Positions 23,096 through 35,845 of a DNA stretch of 64,000 nucleotides are shown here, one piece after another. Position 1 is the stretch's first letter; the number at the start of each line of letters is the position of its first letter. The stretch is from Callorhinchus milii (Eukaryota): contig NW_024704742.1 of NCBI RefSeq assembly GCF_018977255.1, positions 22,384,001 through 22,448,000 of the forward strand. The letters run 5' to 3'. A program made the position numbers and the translations under genes. The notes under the pieces were generated by a model. It searched no databases, was not told the origin of the DNA, and saw only the letters and a program-made list of their open reading frames with translations.

Positions 23096-23392
23096 CGCCA
23101 GGTAACTCCCCTCTCCCAGCGGCCAGTGGCCAGGTCACTCCCTCTCCCCGCGGCCAGCGGCCAGTGGCCAGGTCACTCCCTCTCCCCGCGGCCAGCGGCC
23201 AGGTCACTCCCTCTCCCCGCGGCCAGGTCCCTCCCAGCGGCCAGGTCCCTCCCAGCGGCCAGGTCACTCCCAGCAGCTGGGTCACTCACAGCAGCCGGGT
23301 CACTCACAGCAGCCGGGTCACTCCCAGCGGCCGGGTATCTCCTGCTCCCAGCGGCCAGGGCACACCCGCTCACCGTGGCCGGGTCACACCTG
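23096..23392. repeat. Degenerate related units (GCGGCCAGGTCACTCCC) flanking the array
   Basis: ggccaggtcactccctctccccgc and cagccgggtcactcac repeats share the GGTCACTC core. Confidence 0.85.
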
Positions 23393-23447
23393 CTCTACTG
23401 CTGCCTAGGTTCACTCTAGCCAGGCTGGGAATGGCTTCTTACCCAAT

Positions 23448-23550
23448 CGCCCACAAAATACACAGTCAATTCACTTTGCACTATTTTCTGTCAAGAGTTT
23501 TGAGAATAGCGTGATAAAGCGCTATATCAAATGCAAGGATTATTATTATT
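23448..23550 (+). mobile_element. 5'-truncated young SINE (3' tail only)
   Basis: cgcccacaaaatacacagtcaattcacttt...gcgctatatcaaatgcaaggattattattatt. Confidence 0.85.
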
Positions 23551-23579
23551 AATTGAGGCGTATTTTTTATTGCTCTGTG

Positions 23580-24105
23580 TGTGGGCACAAGCAGAAGCCG
23601 ATCACCATGTTTATACTTTATTTGGGGGATTGTTGGTCAGAATACACGAAGAAACTCCCATTTTCTTTTTCGAACAGCACAATGAGATCTTTAATGTCCA
23701 CCTGAATTGGTAAAAACGATACCAGAGGTTGCTCAAGACAATCTGCTGCCCCAGGCAAAAGTTCTGGGTGCCATCCCCCTCCTATCCCATAAGAAGTATG
23801 TTAGATTTAGCATTAACTGAAGAGAGATGAGTTTACCTTAAAACGTCTACAGATGGCCGCTGGTGTTAGCATGCTGCACTTGCTGCAGCTCTGTCCATCT
23901 CAATTTTGTTGGTAAAGCATAAAGCGTAAAAGATTCTCAGAAATCTGCCCAATTTACCTCGGTTTAATGCCTCATCCAAAGGACGATATCTCCAATACCC
24001 CTGTACTGGAGTTTCACACTGAACTGTGAGCTCAAACTCCCAAAATGAGGCTTGAACTCACAACCTCTGACTCAGAGACAAGAATGCTATCAACGGAGCC
24101 AGGCA
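23580..24105 (-). mobile_element. Deu-domain SINE split by an insert of about 245 bp
   Basis: Deu core gagatctttaatgtccacctgaa ends at about 23710 and resumes at about 23956 with acctcggtttaatgcctcatccaaaggacg; head ttgaactcacaacctctgactcagag. Confidence 0.75.
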
Positions 24106-25412
24106 TACAACCTAACAAAGCTTAAGAGTATGCTATTTTTTTTCTCCTTAAAGAGCAGTTTTAATAAAAGCACTCTCCCCTCTATAATCAACAAATGAAT
24201 GTGGTATTGCTTTTCCTCGGCAGGACCGCAGTATTCCGACTTGAACAGTTCTGGAACAGCTGTCAGTTCGGAAGAGGAAGAGTGAGGACTCTCAGCTGGA
24301 ACTGTTCAAACTGCAGCTGAGCCCAAATGAAACAGTTTCAACAATTATATTGTTTAATATGGAATTAAAACAACGGTTATTTCTTAATTGTAAAGGTTAA
24401 TTTTGCAGCAGTACATTCCCACCTCTTTCATTCTCCCCCCAAAACATTTTAGCTTGATGAAAGTAATCTGCAGAGGTGCAATGGATAGATAACGGGGCTT
24501 TAGTAACTCCGACTGCTGGTAAGACACTATAAAGAAGTGACTGCCATCCTAGCACCAGGGCTGCAACTTGTCTGTCTAGTATTTCACAAGCCTTAGATGG
24601 ATTGTGTCAGTGACATGAATTGAAAGATGTAAGCTCTCAGTTCCTATCAGTCCTTGACAACGGAAATGGTTGAATATAGCTAAAACTGCACAAATCTGCA
24701 CTTACACAAATATTCCTGCATGATCAAGGTCTGGAAGAGGACAAACTGATTTCCGGGCATGGCCCTTATTATATGATTGCTAAAAATGGGATTATAAATG
24801 ACAGAAATGCGTGTAAACAACCTGACAAGATTTGTGAACCTTGAATCCACAATGTTCTGATCCAGAGGCGAGAGACAATCTTGCATAGTGGCAGCCTGAA
24901 GCTAGTTAACAAGACCTGTAATATATGGTCAGCCTAGTTTGTCCTCTCAGGAAGTCTTTCCCCAAATCCTCTGAAATACAACTTTGGCCATGCGTTTGGT
25001 GAACAACCTTAAAATATTCTTTCTCTTCTCAGTGCTCTCTGTAATTTCCCTGAAGTGCTTTGATACCTTTTACCTTACAAGGAAGGTGCGATATGAATGC
25101 AAATAGTGTAGTTGTTGTTCAATCAGTGTGCTGCCAAACACACCTTTCCAAGATAATGATAGTGCTTGGGTTCCAGCATGATTCACTTTGGATTCTCACT
25201 GTCGAATCACATTTTATTTTGTGGTGAGTAATCACCATGAAAAGAGTAGTATTAAAAGCGCATCACTAGCTTGATCATTTTTAGTTTGTTCGAAACCAGC
25301 TGTGAAGGTATAAATTATAAATAATAACAAATACCAACAAGTGAATTACAAGCAATAATCAAAATGTAGGGTTCTTAATAACATTCAATAACTCATCGAG
25401 TTTATAACTATT

Positions 25413-25710
25413 GGGGAGAAATTCCACTTTGTCTGGATTTACTCTTTTAATGCATGATTTTAGGGTGTCCAGAAATTACCAAATTATTGAATTCAATTTT
25501 AACTTATAAATTGAGTTTCTGAAGTTCTTAAAAGAACCTAGATAAAATTGGCTTCAAAATTAAGGCTGTATTTAAGAATTTGTGAAATTCTGTGTGCTCT
25601 GAAATGCAGCTCTGAGATGCTATCCTGCGTGAAGGGTGCTCTATAAATGCAAGTTGTTGTTGTTGCTACATAGAAGGAATAAATTTAGTCCAAGTTGAAA
25701 CTTCTCCCCC
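25413..25710. mobile_element. Old palindromic MITE-like element with an inserted L2-type tail
   Basis: Ends ggggagaaattcc and aaacttctccccc are inverted repeats; internal arms match 51737-52053; insert at about 25608-25665. Confidence 0.6.
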
Positions 25711-25994
25711 AAATTACTTGCTAAAACCCTACCTCTCTGCCTGGATTACCTCCTTTTTATTTCTGCTCAAGTACCCATTATTCTCTGAGCATTGTCCTTC
25801 AATCTTGCCTGTCCCTCGTCAAATAGGGACATGTTATTAATAGTTCATTGACCGCTTTTATCTTACTCTTTTCCTTTTCAATCCCCGAATAGTTTTTGAA
25901 ATATGTTCATTCTCTTGGTGATCGATATGCTCTGTGCTGATCAGCTCCTTGGGCCTCTTCGTGTTATAGTGGTACCTATTGTCCCAAGTAAATT

Positions 25995-26008
25995 GTCACC
26001 ATGGCAAC
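25995..26008. promoter_or_regulatory. RFX X-box GTCACCATGGCAAC
   Basis: Essentially perfect match to the RFX consensus GTNRCCATGGYAAC, 4.6 kb upstream of the gene promoter. Confidence 0.55.
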
Positions 26009-26424
26009 TGTAGTAGAAAAACAGTACTTACACGGGGTGGAATTGAGGGCAGTTCCTATCATGTAAAAGTCACACTGCAAGGTTGATAAACCTCAACCCA
26101 AAGATATTTCAGTTGGACATTTAGTTGAGCTGTAACGTCAATTTCTTGCTTTTAAAAATAAGTAGCCCGTCTTTGTGTAATTCGATCTTTGAAAAATATA
26201 CAGCTGTGGATATTTCAAGAGGTGTTGACTTTTTTCTCCCATCCTTAACCCAGGGCACTGAGATAAGTTGTAATGCCCCCAATGAGGTAAACTCACTCAA
26301 TACATTTGATCCAGTAACTTGGATGGCTTAGTACTGCATGTTTACGCATTTTTAAATGTTATTTTTATTTGTCCAATACAATGATACATGCAGTAAACAG
26401 ATGAGCAATATTAATAATGTTTAG

Positions 26425-26592
26425 GATCGTAGGAATAGGAGTGGGCCATTCAGCCCCTTGAATCTCTTCCGCCATTCTATTCAATCATGGCTGATCTGTA
26501 CATCAACTCCATTTATTTGCCTTTGCTCCATATCCCTTGATATCCTTACCTTTCAAAAATCTATCGAACTCAATCTTGACAATTTCAATTGA
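26425..26592 (-). mobile_element. CR1 LINE 3' tail
   Basis: aggaataggagtgggccattcagcccc...tcatggctgatctg is a typical reverse CR1 3' UTR. Confidence 0.75.
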
Positions 26593-27774
26593 TATACATT
26601 TACCCTTGCATTATAAAGAAATTATAATTTGATATTGCCCATTTCTTTGTTTAAAGTGGGATTAGACAATCTGTTATTTAATTAAATTCAATGCACAGCA
26701 TTTTGTAAATCAAATGTAATTCAGAATCAGTCTTAGTTACTTGTTGACACTGCTTCACTGTACAAAAGTGTGCTTTTTCAGTTCTGTAACGGAGGATACT
26801 CGATATTCCTCGGTTCCCTGCGGAATGGCCCCAGAATAATCCTAGTATTCACTTTCATGATGGAAACTTTTCATTTTAACTGCATCTAGATTAGATAGTT
26901 TTCTCTGCACGTGAAAGATCAGCTTTAATAAAAGTATATAAAAAAATGCCATAAATCTATAGTAACCACATAAAGCAGAATTCTCCAAGAGACTGATTAA
27001 CATTAACTTTGTGTTGAGGTTTTCAATAATTAGAGGATGTTCTGGTGTGGAGCCATGACTGTGTTGGCCTTGATAGCATTTCCCAAGGCTGACAGCAATT
27101 ATTACATCCTACACTTTCTACCTTCTGTGCCTCCAGCCACTAAAGATCTTTTCAGATGAAAGGTCTATTAATTTCATACAATCTTGTCACAAAGTTGGAG
27201 ATGCAAAGATATTGCATACACAGCAGGTTTCTCCAATTTCTCTAAAAAAAAACAGACAATCGTTAATTACTTTTGGTCTGCTTTTTAAAACTTTGATACT
27301 ATTTTGTGGTCCTGATGAACAGGTTTTGTTAACTAGGCTTGTATAAAAGCTTATACTAATGATTTTGAGAAAATAGTTTCATGTTCAGAGTTAAATGAGC
27401 ATAATACAGTTCAATAGCCTTGCAGGAAAGTTTGAGTTCTATTCCATATCAGCAGTGAATTTCAATCCCACATCTCTCCTTTGAATCTTTCGCCAGCAGT
27501 ACCCCATGGCACACTCACACACAGAAATTCCTAAGCCTCTTGCCAACCTACGCCTGACATTCTCAAAATTAGGTAAACCAGAGTCGTCCCTTCAGGGAGA
27601 AAGAGTGCATTCCAACCCAGACACAGGGAAATTTCCACATGTAGATGGCATACATATGTGGAATTCTCAGGCTGGATACTCTTATGTACGGTGATGGGTA
27701 TCCTTCCACATTTGTCAGACACTCGGGTGACCAAAAAGAATCAAGAATGCCTACTTTCACCTCTGGAACATTGC

Positions 27775-28460
27775 ACTCTTACAACAATTTATAGAGCGTC
27801 ATTCACATGGGATGGATGCCTAGAAACAGTTTACAAAGACAGTGGCGTCACCAAGCAACACCTATTGTCTCTATCACCCACCTTTGCCGTTTAAACCATT
27901 ATGTATGTCTATTTTACCTTGAGGATAGATTTCTCTAATGCTCTCCTCGCTAGCCTCCTTGGCTCCACTCTTCACAAACCTTGACATGTCTAGATCTGTA
28001 GCCTGAGATATCTCCCACACAAGATCCTATATACCCATCATTCTATCCTTGCCAAGCTCCATTGACTACTTGCCCTTCAGGATATCGTTTTCAATATTCT
28101 CTACCTTGTTTTAAAATCTCTGTATGGGTTTGTTACACTCTATTTACATATTCATTTCCAGGCTTGTGTTCCTGCCCACATCCTCTGCTCTTCTGTTTGC
28201 CCTTGGAGACATCTTTCCCAGGCTTGAGAATAGTCTCTCTGCTTCTATTTTTGATTCCAAAACTATTATTGTCCCGACGACTGTCAATCAAATCAAGTAA
28301 TTTGTCAACCAAACTTGACTTTCTACTTGATCTCCGGCTTTACGTCAAACACAACTATCTTTCCTTCACCAAATTGTTTTAACCATCTTCTGGAACATTG
28401 ACCACTTGCTTCCCTATCTCAACCCTGCAAGCTGAAACTTGTCAATCCCTTTGTCAGCTT
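27775..28460 (+). mobile_element. Highly degenerate L2-like fragments
   Basis: accttgaggatagatttctctaatgctctcctcgctagcctcct (SRxDxxNALLAxL) and aagctccattgact (LHW-like). Confidence 0.5.
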
Positions 28461-29294
28461 GATTTTACGCTTTTTCGATTCTTTTTTCTTAAATACCATT
28501 TCCTAATACAAACTCCTCAACAAGCTCTGCCAAATCTGCTGCACTCTGCAAATAGATCAAATATGTTGCACCTGCTCATTGCAATGGTTAAATACCCCCA
28601 CATGTACAAAGCCTCAGAGAGTCTGAATCAAATGGTAAACTTCCCAGTTTAATTCAATTACAGCAACATTTAAGTGCCTTTAACTCCATTTTCAAGTACA
28701 TTTTCACTAACCATCTATTTAATCTGTTTTCACTAACCTTTATTATTTGCCACTTCTGTTTTAAATACATAACATTTAAGTGCTATTGAAACAAATTTTC
28801 TTTCTGCCATGATTTATGCATCAATTTTACTGATGAGAGGAGTATCACTTGCAATATTTCAACCATTAGTGGCATTTTGTTTTGTTGGTGCAGGAGTATA
28901 ATGAGAAACCATTGGATTTGACTGTCCCACTGCCCACATTTTTCATTCCTATCTCTTGGGGCATTTATCTCAAAGCTGAAATCAATGTAACCCTCTAGTG
29001 AAGGATGCAATAACTACTGGATTATGTAATAATTTTAGGTCATCCAGTTCCCTTCCCCCAAACCGAATAAGCATAGATTATCATTCCTTTTTTACAAGAA
29101 TGTTCTTTTACTCTGGCAGAAAATACTGCAAACCCATATACACAAGAACACTTTCTTTGAGCCCCAGCACCCACTGTCATTGTCCCAAATTGTCCCCCAA
29201 ACTTAATAATTCATCAAATTCTAAACATACCTTATAATTGGCATACCTTTTCTTTTAAAAAAGTTTTGGAAGTTTAAAAATTACTGGTAAGATA

Positions 29295-29520
29295 ATAATA
29301 ATCCTTGATTTTGATATGGTGCCATGCCTTAAGTGCTTCACAGGATTCACTCTAAGGTTTAGTGATTTTGAACACAGCAACCCTTTTTGCACGGAGCAAT
29401 GTCAAAAAGCGATGTAGTGAATGACCAATATTATTTGGGACATTGTTGGTTAGAAAATATTGGAGAAGTTCCTTGCTCTTTTCAAAGGGATCTTTAATGT
29501 CCACCTGAACAGGCAGATGT
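29295..29520 (-). mobile_element. Old Deu-domain SINE 3' fragment
   Basis: gggatctttaatgtccacctgaacaggcagatg; (aat)n tail at 29295. Confidence 0.7.
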
Positions 29521-30329
29521 CACATAGTGAGTCATCAGTCAACATTAGATCAATGTTGGGCCAATAATAATTTGTAATTACTTATCACAACATTGTAACA
29601 TCAGTCACTCTAAGATGTACTTTCAATATTCATTTTTGCACAACTATTCAATATTCCACTTGCCTCGTTTCTGCAATTTCTCTTACATATTCACTTTCAG
29701 TTTGATGGCATGTAAAAGCAGGCTTTCGATATTTTTCTAACATCAAAAAAAATTACCTTTTTTTTGTATAGTTTTAGCCAATATATTTTGATACCGTTCT
29801 CTAGAGGCTTATGGATTTTTCCCTTTAAAATTCCTTTACTGAACTGTGAATCTCATGCTCTGTGAAATGTAGCTTAGACTTTAATTTGACTTCATACATT
29901 GTTTACTTCAGTTACCTTGGTAGAAATCTGAGTCATTAGAAAAAATCAAATGATCTATTTCTATTTGTAAAGCGGTCTTATTTGCATGATTACATCTGTT
30001 GTGTGAAAGTGATAACCATTGAATAGCTTAATATTACTGCCGACAATCAATTAACATAGAAAGAAAATACCTAATAAATTATACATTATGACTGGGTGAT
30101 AAATCTGAGTAATTAGCCCATATTTATCATCTATGTTGCTGGTCAATCATCTGGATTGACAATTTCCGCCTGATGTTTGTTATATTAATACAATTTTATT
30201 TTTTAAAAAAAAGGTTGCTTTTTTTGACTGTTGTGTATTAACCATACTTCTCATGCTCTATGATGAACAACAGAATACTGCAATGTGAAATGTGAAGGTA
30301 TGTTTACCTTTTGCACGTTATGGAGATGA

Positions 30330-31062
30330 CTGTATTCCACATGTATGCGGATGACACCCAACCCTATCTCCCTGCCTCCACCCTCGACTCCAGGACATCT
30401 GCTGTCAGACTGTATGTCAGACATCAAGTCCTGGATGAGAGCTAACTTTCTACAGTTCAACGTCACAAGACTGAGGCTCTCCTGATTGGTTCCCGTCAGC
30501 GCCTCCACACCTCAGGCACTGACAGCATCACCATCCATGGATGCACACTCGCCCCCTCCCTCGCCTCCATCAAGACCCATCTCAAGACCTTCCTCTTCGA
30601 CCATGCCTTCGATCATCCTCCTTCCCCCCCACCCTCCACCCACCCCAATCCCGACCCCCAGCTCAGGTCCAAAACACTGGTTGTCCAGCACTGGAATGTC
30701 CTCCTGACTTAAAGACGCTATGAGTCCTGGAGTCCTGTAGCTCAGTGATTAGAGCATTTGCCTCGCAAGCGAGAGACCTGGGTTCGATTCCCGGCAGGGT
30801 GAAACCTTGGGCAAGTTTCCTTACTCCACACCCCTGATAATAATCCCTCAAAAAAAACAATAATAAATTGGTCATTTCAATCCACGACTGTTTGTGGGAC
30901 ACTGCTGTGTGCAATTGGCTACCGCGGTTCGCCCACAAATATTGTCAATTCACTTTACAGTCTATTCTGTGAAGCGCTTTGAGATGTCTAGAAGACGTGA
31001 AAAGCGCTATATCAAAATGCAAGCATTATTATTATTATACAAATGTAATTTTGTTGTTGTTA
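30330..31062 (+). mobile_element. Internally deleted L2 fragment with a SINE nested in its tail
   Basis: cacatgtatgcggatgacaccca (HMYADDTQ). The tail aaagacgcta...tacaaatgtaattttgttgttg is interrupted by the SINE. Confidence 0.85.
30729..31038 (+). mobile_element. Young full-length tRNA-derived SINE
   Basis: Same family as 17466; subfamily with tttgagatgtctagaagacgtg in the tail. Confidence 0.95.
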
Positions 31063-31719
31063 TTGTATCTGTTGTTCTGAAACCAAATACATACTGGTTT
31101 GAAATTGTTGTTTCTCATGAATAACATGTCAGGAATCTGCACTGAGAAGTATTTAAATAGCTATTAAAATAAAGAACTTGAGTGGTCAAGTGGTTGAAGT
31201 TCAACTGTCCACAGAGATCCCACTTTAGTCCTGACAGTGGATAAAGTAAATGGCTTTGACTGGAATCTATATGAGATTAGCTGGCCACAGAGACCAATAA
31301 GAATCGACCCCAAATTTGATCTTTATAATTAGGCAAAATGAACATACCAATAATACAATTTAATTATTTATATGTACGTGTAACTAATAATAATTTGAAT
31401 AATTATTCTCAATTTAAAATTAAGTGTTAACGTATCATTTTTATTATACTGGGCATTTTGAGGGCTAAGATTTTCCAAATAATGAACACTTACTTTAAAT
31501 TATTCAGCATCAGTTACGTGGACCCGTAGCGTCAATATATGATTCTTTTGTGATCTCATGGCAATACTGAACTTCAAAATGTATCATCTCATACCAAACC
31601 TCTCTGTGAGGACCTATTCTCCTCCATTCAGCGGGGATATTGATTCTTTTACTCTTTGACTTCAATATATATTAAAAAAATCTATTCACAGACTTGCCCC
31701 CTCCCTAACTATACAATCT

Positions 31720-32225
31720 TTTCCAATCCTGTTTGTCTGCTGATTTTAGTTGGTTGCTTATTCCTCACTCTCTCCGTGTCATCATTGGCAACTAAGTGTT
31801 TACCACTACGCCTCTAGCTTCTGGAATTCTTTATCATAGCCTTTGTTTCTTTGGTTCGTGCCTTTGAAACCTTCCTAAAAGCATATTTCAATTATGCATT
31901 TGGTCAACATCACTGATTCTCTCTTCTTCTTACTCAGTGTACCCTGAGATAATTGTCAAGCACTTTAAGATTTTCATTCTACATCAGAGGTACCGTATAA
32001 GTGCAAGTTGTTGTGTTAAACCTGTAGCGAAGTACAAATAACCAGCAAATAGGCAGCATAACTTCTTAAAATATATAACAAGAAGGACCTCCGCACCCCA
32101 CTCCCATTGGCCCCAACTCCTCCCAAATCCAACCCCCAGTTTGGCTACAAACTCTCAATTATCCTGCATCGTGGGATGTCCTCCTGATGTGAAAGGTGCT
32201 ATATACTGCGAATGCAATTTGTTGC
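31720..32225 (+). mobile_element. Two old L2 3' end remnants
   Basis: ttctggaattct...ccttcctaaaagcatat...tataagtgcaagttgttg and gggatgtcctcctgatgtgaaaggtgctata. Confidence 0.55.
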
Positions 32226-34984
32226 TAAATAGTTCAGGTTACCTACCTCCCAAACTAATCTGAACAATAACTCACAATGTAATGGAGCCTGTGTTTTTTT
32301 TTCAGTTCCAGACTCAATCCTCAGACCTTCCAATCTCACACTTTAGAGACAGGATTTAAATTGTGACCGAAGAGAAATAAGATTATAACTGGGAAGCATC
32401 AAGGAAAAGGTTCAAGCAATAGGAGGGCTGGCTGAAGCACAAGTCAATAGACTGGAACTTCAAAGAAGATTTTTTTTAGCTGTAAAGCCCAGAAGAATGA
32501 ACGAAGCCTCAAGGCTTCAAGAGATTTTGCACACCTAACAGTCGCCTCTGCCCACAAAATATTCTTTAACCCTTTGAGGGGTGCTGTAGCATTTCTGTAT
32601 CAAAATAAATATCAGGACTGTAACAAACTTAAAGAAAATCAAAGGTTGGTCTATTCCTCATGGATTTGAGGAAAAAATGTCAGGTGTCCAAGGATCTCTT
32701 CTGATATATCTGATTCTGATTAATGTTTAGTTTGGTTCATGTCATAGCATTGGTCTGTGGAAAGGTTCAAAGGAAAAGTTGGAACCAAAATAACTTTTGC
32801 AATTATATATGAGATGTAGATCCAGGATTTGTTTTAAAAACTTTTGAATAGTTGCTGTTAATATGTGTCAGAATATTTAAAAAAATGCTATTTTATTATA
32901 ATATGGAGTACACGCTTGTAGATTCCATTCCCTTCTCCCACTGAGTTTCTATTCTCAGATGCACTACTGTGCATTGGAAAACTCAGACGTAAAGTCACTG
33001 GTGCATACTTCTTACTCTGCGTGCTCATTGCAGCTCATTTGCCTTTGTGAATCAAATGCTTTTATCTCCTCAATTTTGTTGATAGATTTGTTGGTTCTCT
33101 GCAATTGCAAATTACTTAAAGACATTTTTAAAATATAAAATGAAATTATGATTTTTAAATTTGCACTAAAGTTATTTATAAATGCAAAAATACAATTTTG
33201 CGGGCAGAGATTTGTGCTTAGCACAAAAATGTGTGATACATGGAAAGCATGATGCATAACAACCCCTCTGGTGACAGGCTTAGATTTAGATGATCACCTT
33301 TTTGGGCAATTGACATTATGATATATATACCCCAATTTCTACATGGTATTGAATTCCATCACCTAGTTTTAAAATTCTAGCAAATAATTCAGTTTCCTGA
33401 AATTGGAAAGGATTGTAAACCAGGAAATAAACGACAAAGGATATCTCCAAGCAATCTACATAAGTGGCGCTGTGGGATGGATAGTAAATCCTTTATGGCA
33501 CAGATAACTTGGAGACTGGCATTTCTCTTTTTCCCCAATTCTTTTCTGCTTTTAGTTCCCTAAGGAGCTGTTCAAGCTATTTTCTTTATCATGGACATAA
33601 GCCAGTCTAGCTCATGGACTATTGCTCCAGAATTGGAGTAGTTACAATACAGAGGAGCCACCACAGTGTGTTCATTCTCCCCTCCTCTTGGAGAACAGCC
33701 TATTGCACTAAGCACTTCATCTAACCATGCAGCCAAAATTGTTGCAGGCAGATTCAAGACATGGGAAACAAAGCTTAACACTATCCAATAACTGAAGAAT
33801 TGCTACATAACCCATGGAAGGCAGATTAAAATTAAAAGAAATCCTGAGACATGACCTTGTGGTCAACAGTCTGACAATTACTAGCCAATATGGGAAACAG
33901 GTTCAAGGGAAAATAAATAACGAACATGAGCTTGCGAATGCCTGGAAAGTAAATGTTTGCAAACAAATATTTATATTCAAAAGAGAGTGAAATTTCTCTT
34001 GCATCAATTTCTCATATCAACAAAATGTGTAATCATTTTGACGATATGTGCTTAAATGGGATTTTCCATATTTTCATTGTATATCGTCAATCCATTGCAT
34101 TTAGTAATCAGATTAATTTCTTGTTCTGGCAGGGCTTCATAGCTTATCTAGTCTATAGTTCAAACTGAGAAAGATGAATTATTGATTAACATTTCTTGTT
34201 AGAATACTCTCACCTTCAAAAAGATTTCCATGTCGTGCCTGCAAAATTGTAGTTTGATTGTCACAGTCAAATGTGTTTATGAATCTACAAAAACAGAAAG
34301 GAATATCTGACTTTTGTAGTACAAGTGCGGTTGTTTGTGACTGGACTTAAAGTGACGTTGAGTCTTATCAAATGGGAAAGATGTGTGTAAAACATATGTT
34401 GATATTCATTGCTGGGGTTTGCACTGTGCAGTGGAATTTGGATGTTCAGGTTAAAAAGAAAATTAAAAAGAAAATTAACTCTTGATATTCTGCCCAGTAT
34501 TTGCAGTACGTACTGTAAAATAGATTGCACCCAAAAATATATAATTAAACTTTATTACACATTGCAACATTTCACGTTTCTTATGATCTGCGATATAGAC
34601 TGAAGTCAAAATTATCACGTAGTCTTCATTGAAGGCTGTTTGTCTGAAAGTTTAAGATGGCACAGAATTGTGGAGAATTCTTAAATTAATTTGGAAGCAA
34701 GCAAGTTCTTTTAAAGATTGAATTGAAGAACTTTCCATAATTCTGTATCATCTTAAATTTTAAGACAATATAGTCCAGACTAAAACAAGGACTTAAGGAC
34801 TTAATGTTTTTTTTAATGCTGAGGTGTGTCAGAGTGCTTGTGGCTGTTGTATTGGGTAATCTGGGGGTAACACTTGTCTCATCTCTCAATGCGTTTGAAA
34901 CAGTGTGAGGCAGCAATTACCTAAGCAAACATATTGCCAAATCAGTTGAATTCTGGTCCTCAGAAGCCAAACTTTAGATAAGCA

Positions 34985-35845
34985 ATGGTTTAGTCAGGCT
35001 TCACATAGAATACTGCGTACTGTTCTGCTTGCCAAAACATAAGGGGCTCCCCAGGTCCAGAGGCAGTGCACAGGAGAGCAATGAAGCTGATCCCCAGAGG
35101 CACAATAATAATAATAATAATAACAATAATAATAATAATCCTTGCATTTGATATAGCGCTTTTCACGTCTTCTAGATGTTTCAAAGCGCTTCACAGAATA
35201 TACTATAAAGTGAGTTGACTATATTTGTGGGCGAAACACGGCAGCCAATTGCGCACAGCAGTGTCCCACAAACAGTTGTGAATTGAGTGACCAAATTATT
35301 ATTGTGTTTTTTTGAAGGATTATTATCCCCGGAAAAGCGATCCGCCAATCGACTAACAACCAGGTTGTTACTGCTAGGTAAACAGAGGCGTGTAGAGTAA
35401 GGAAACGTGCCCAACATTTTGCCCTGCTGGGAATAGAACCCAGGTCTCAGCTCTAACCACTGAGCTGCAGGACTCCACTGGCTACAAGAATGACCTATGA
35501 GCAAAGATTAGACAAGCTAGGACTCCTCAGTCTTGAAAACAGTTGTCTCAGAGGGGATCTTATAGAGGTGTATAAGATTTTAAATTGGATTGAGAATGTG
35601 AGATCAGAACAATACTTTCAGATGTACTGAACAGCAAGATGTTGCAAAAGGCAATTTCAGAACAGACACCAGGAAGTATTTCTTTATCCAGAAGGTAATT
35701 AACAACTGGAACAAATTGAGACTAGGATGCCTGACTCATAAAAAACAGTTTGATTCTGTGATGGGAGGATGACAAAATGACTATTTTATGAGGATGAGAT
35801 CAAATGGGTCGAAGGACTTTCATTATCTGACCTTCTCTTGTGATA
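34985..35845 (+). mobile_element. CR1 LINE 3' fragment interrupted by a SINE
   Basis: ttagtcaggcttcacatagaatactgc (LVRxHxEYC) and cagtgcacaggagagcaatgaagctgatccc (VxRRAxKLIP); resumes after 35477 with ctcagaggggatcttatagaggtgtataag (LRGDLIEVYK). Confidence 0.85.
35104..35476 (-). mobile_element. tRNA-derived SINE, longer variant with an extra internal segment of about 58 bp
   Basis: Reverse copy of the family, with extra sequence at 35328-35385. Confidence 0.9.

Noticed and set aside
21291..23514. 604- and 739-aa extensin-like Pro-rich ORFs
   Set aside because: Same artefact from the CCTGGTCACTCCCC array; non-ATG starts at the edge of a repeat.
24241..24309. Hairpin ttgaacagttc...gaactgttcaa as a pre-miRNA
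   Set aside because: The stem is short and interrupted with a large loop; no known mature miRNA recognised.
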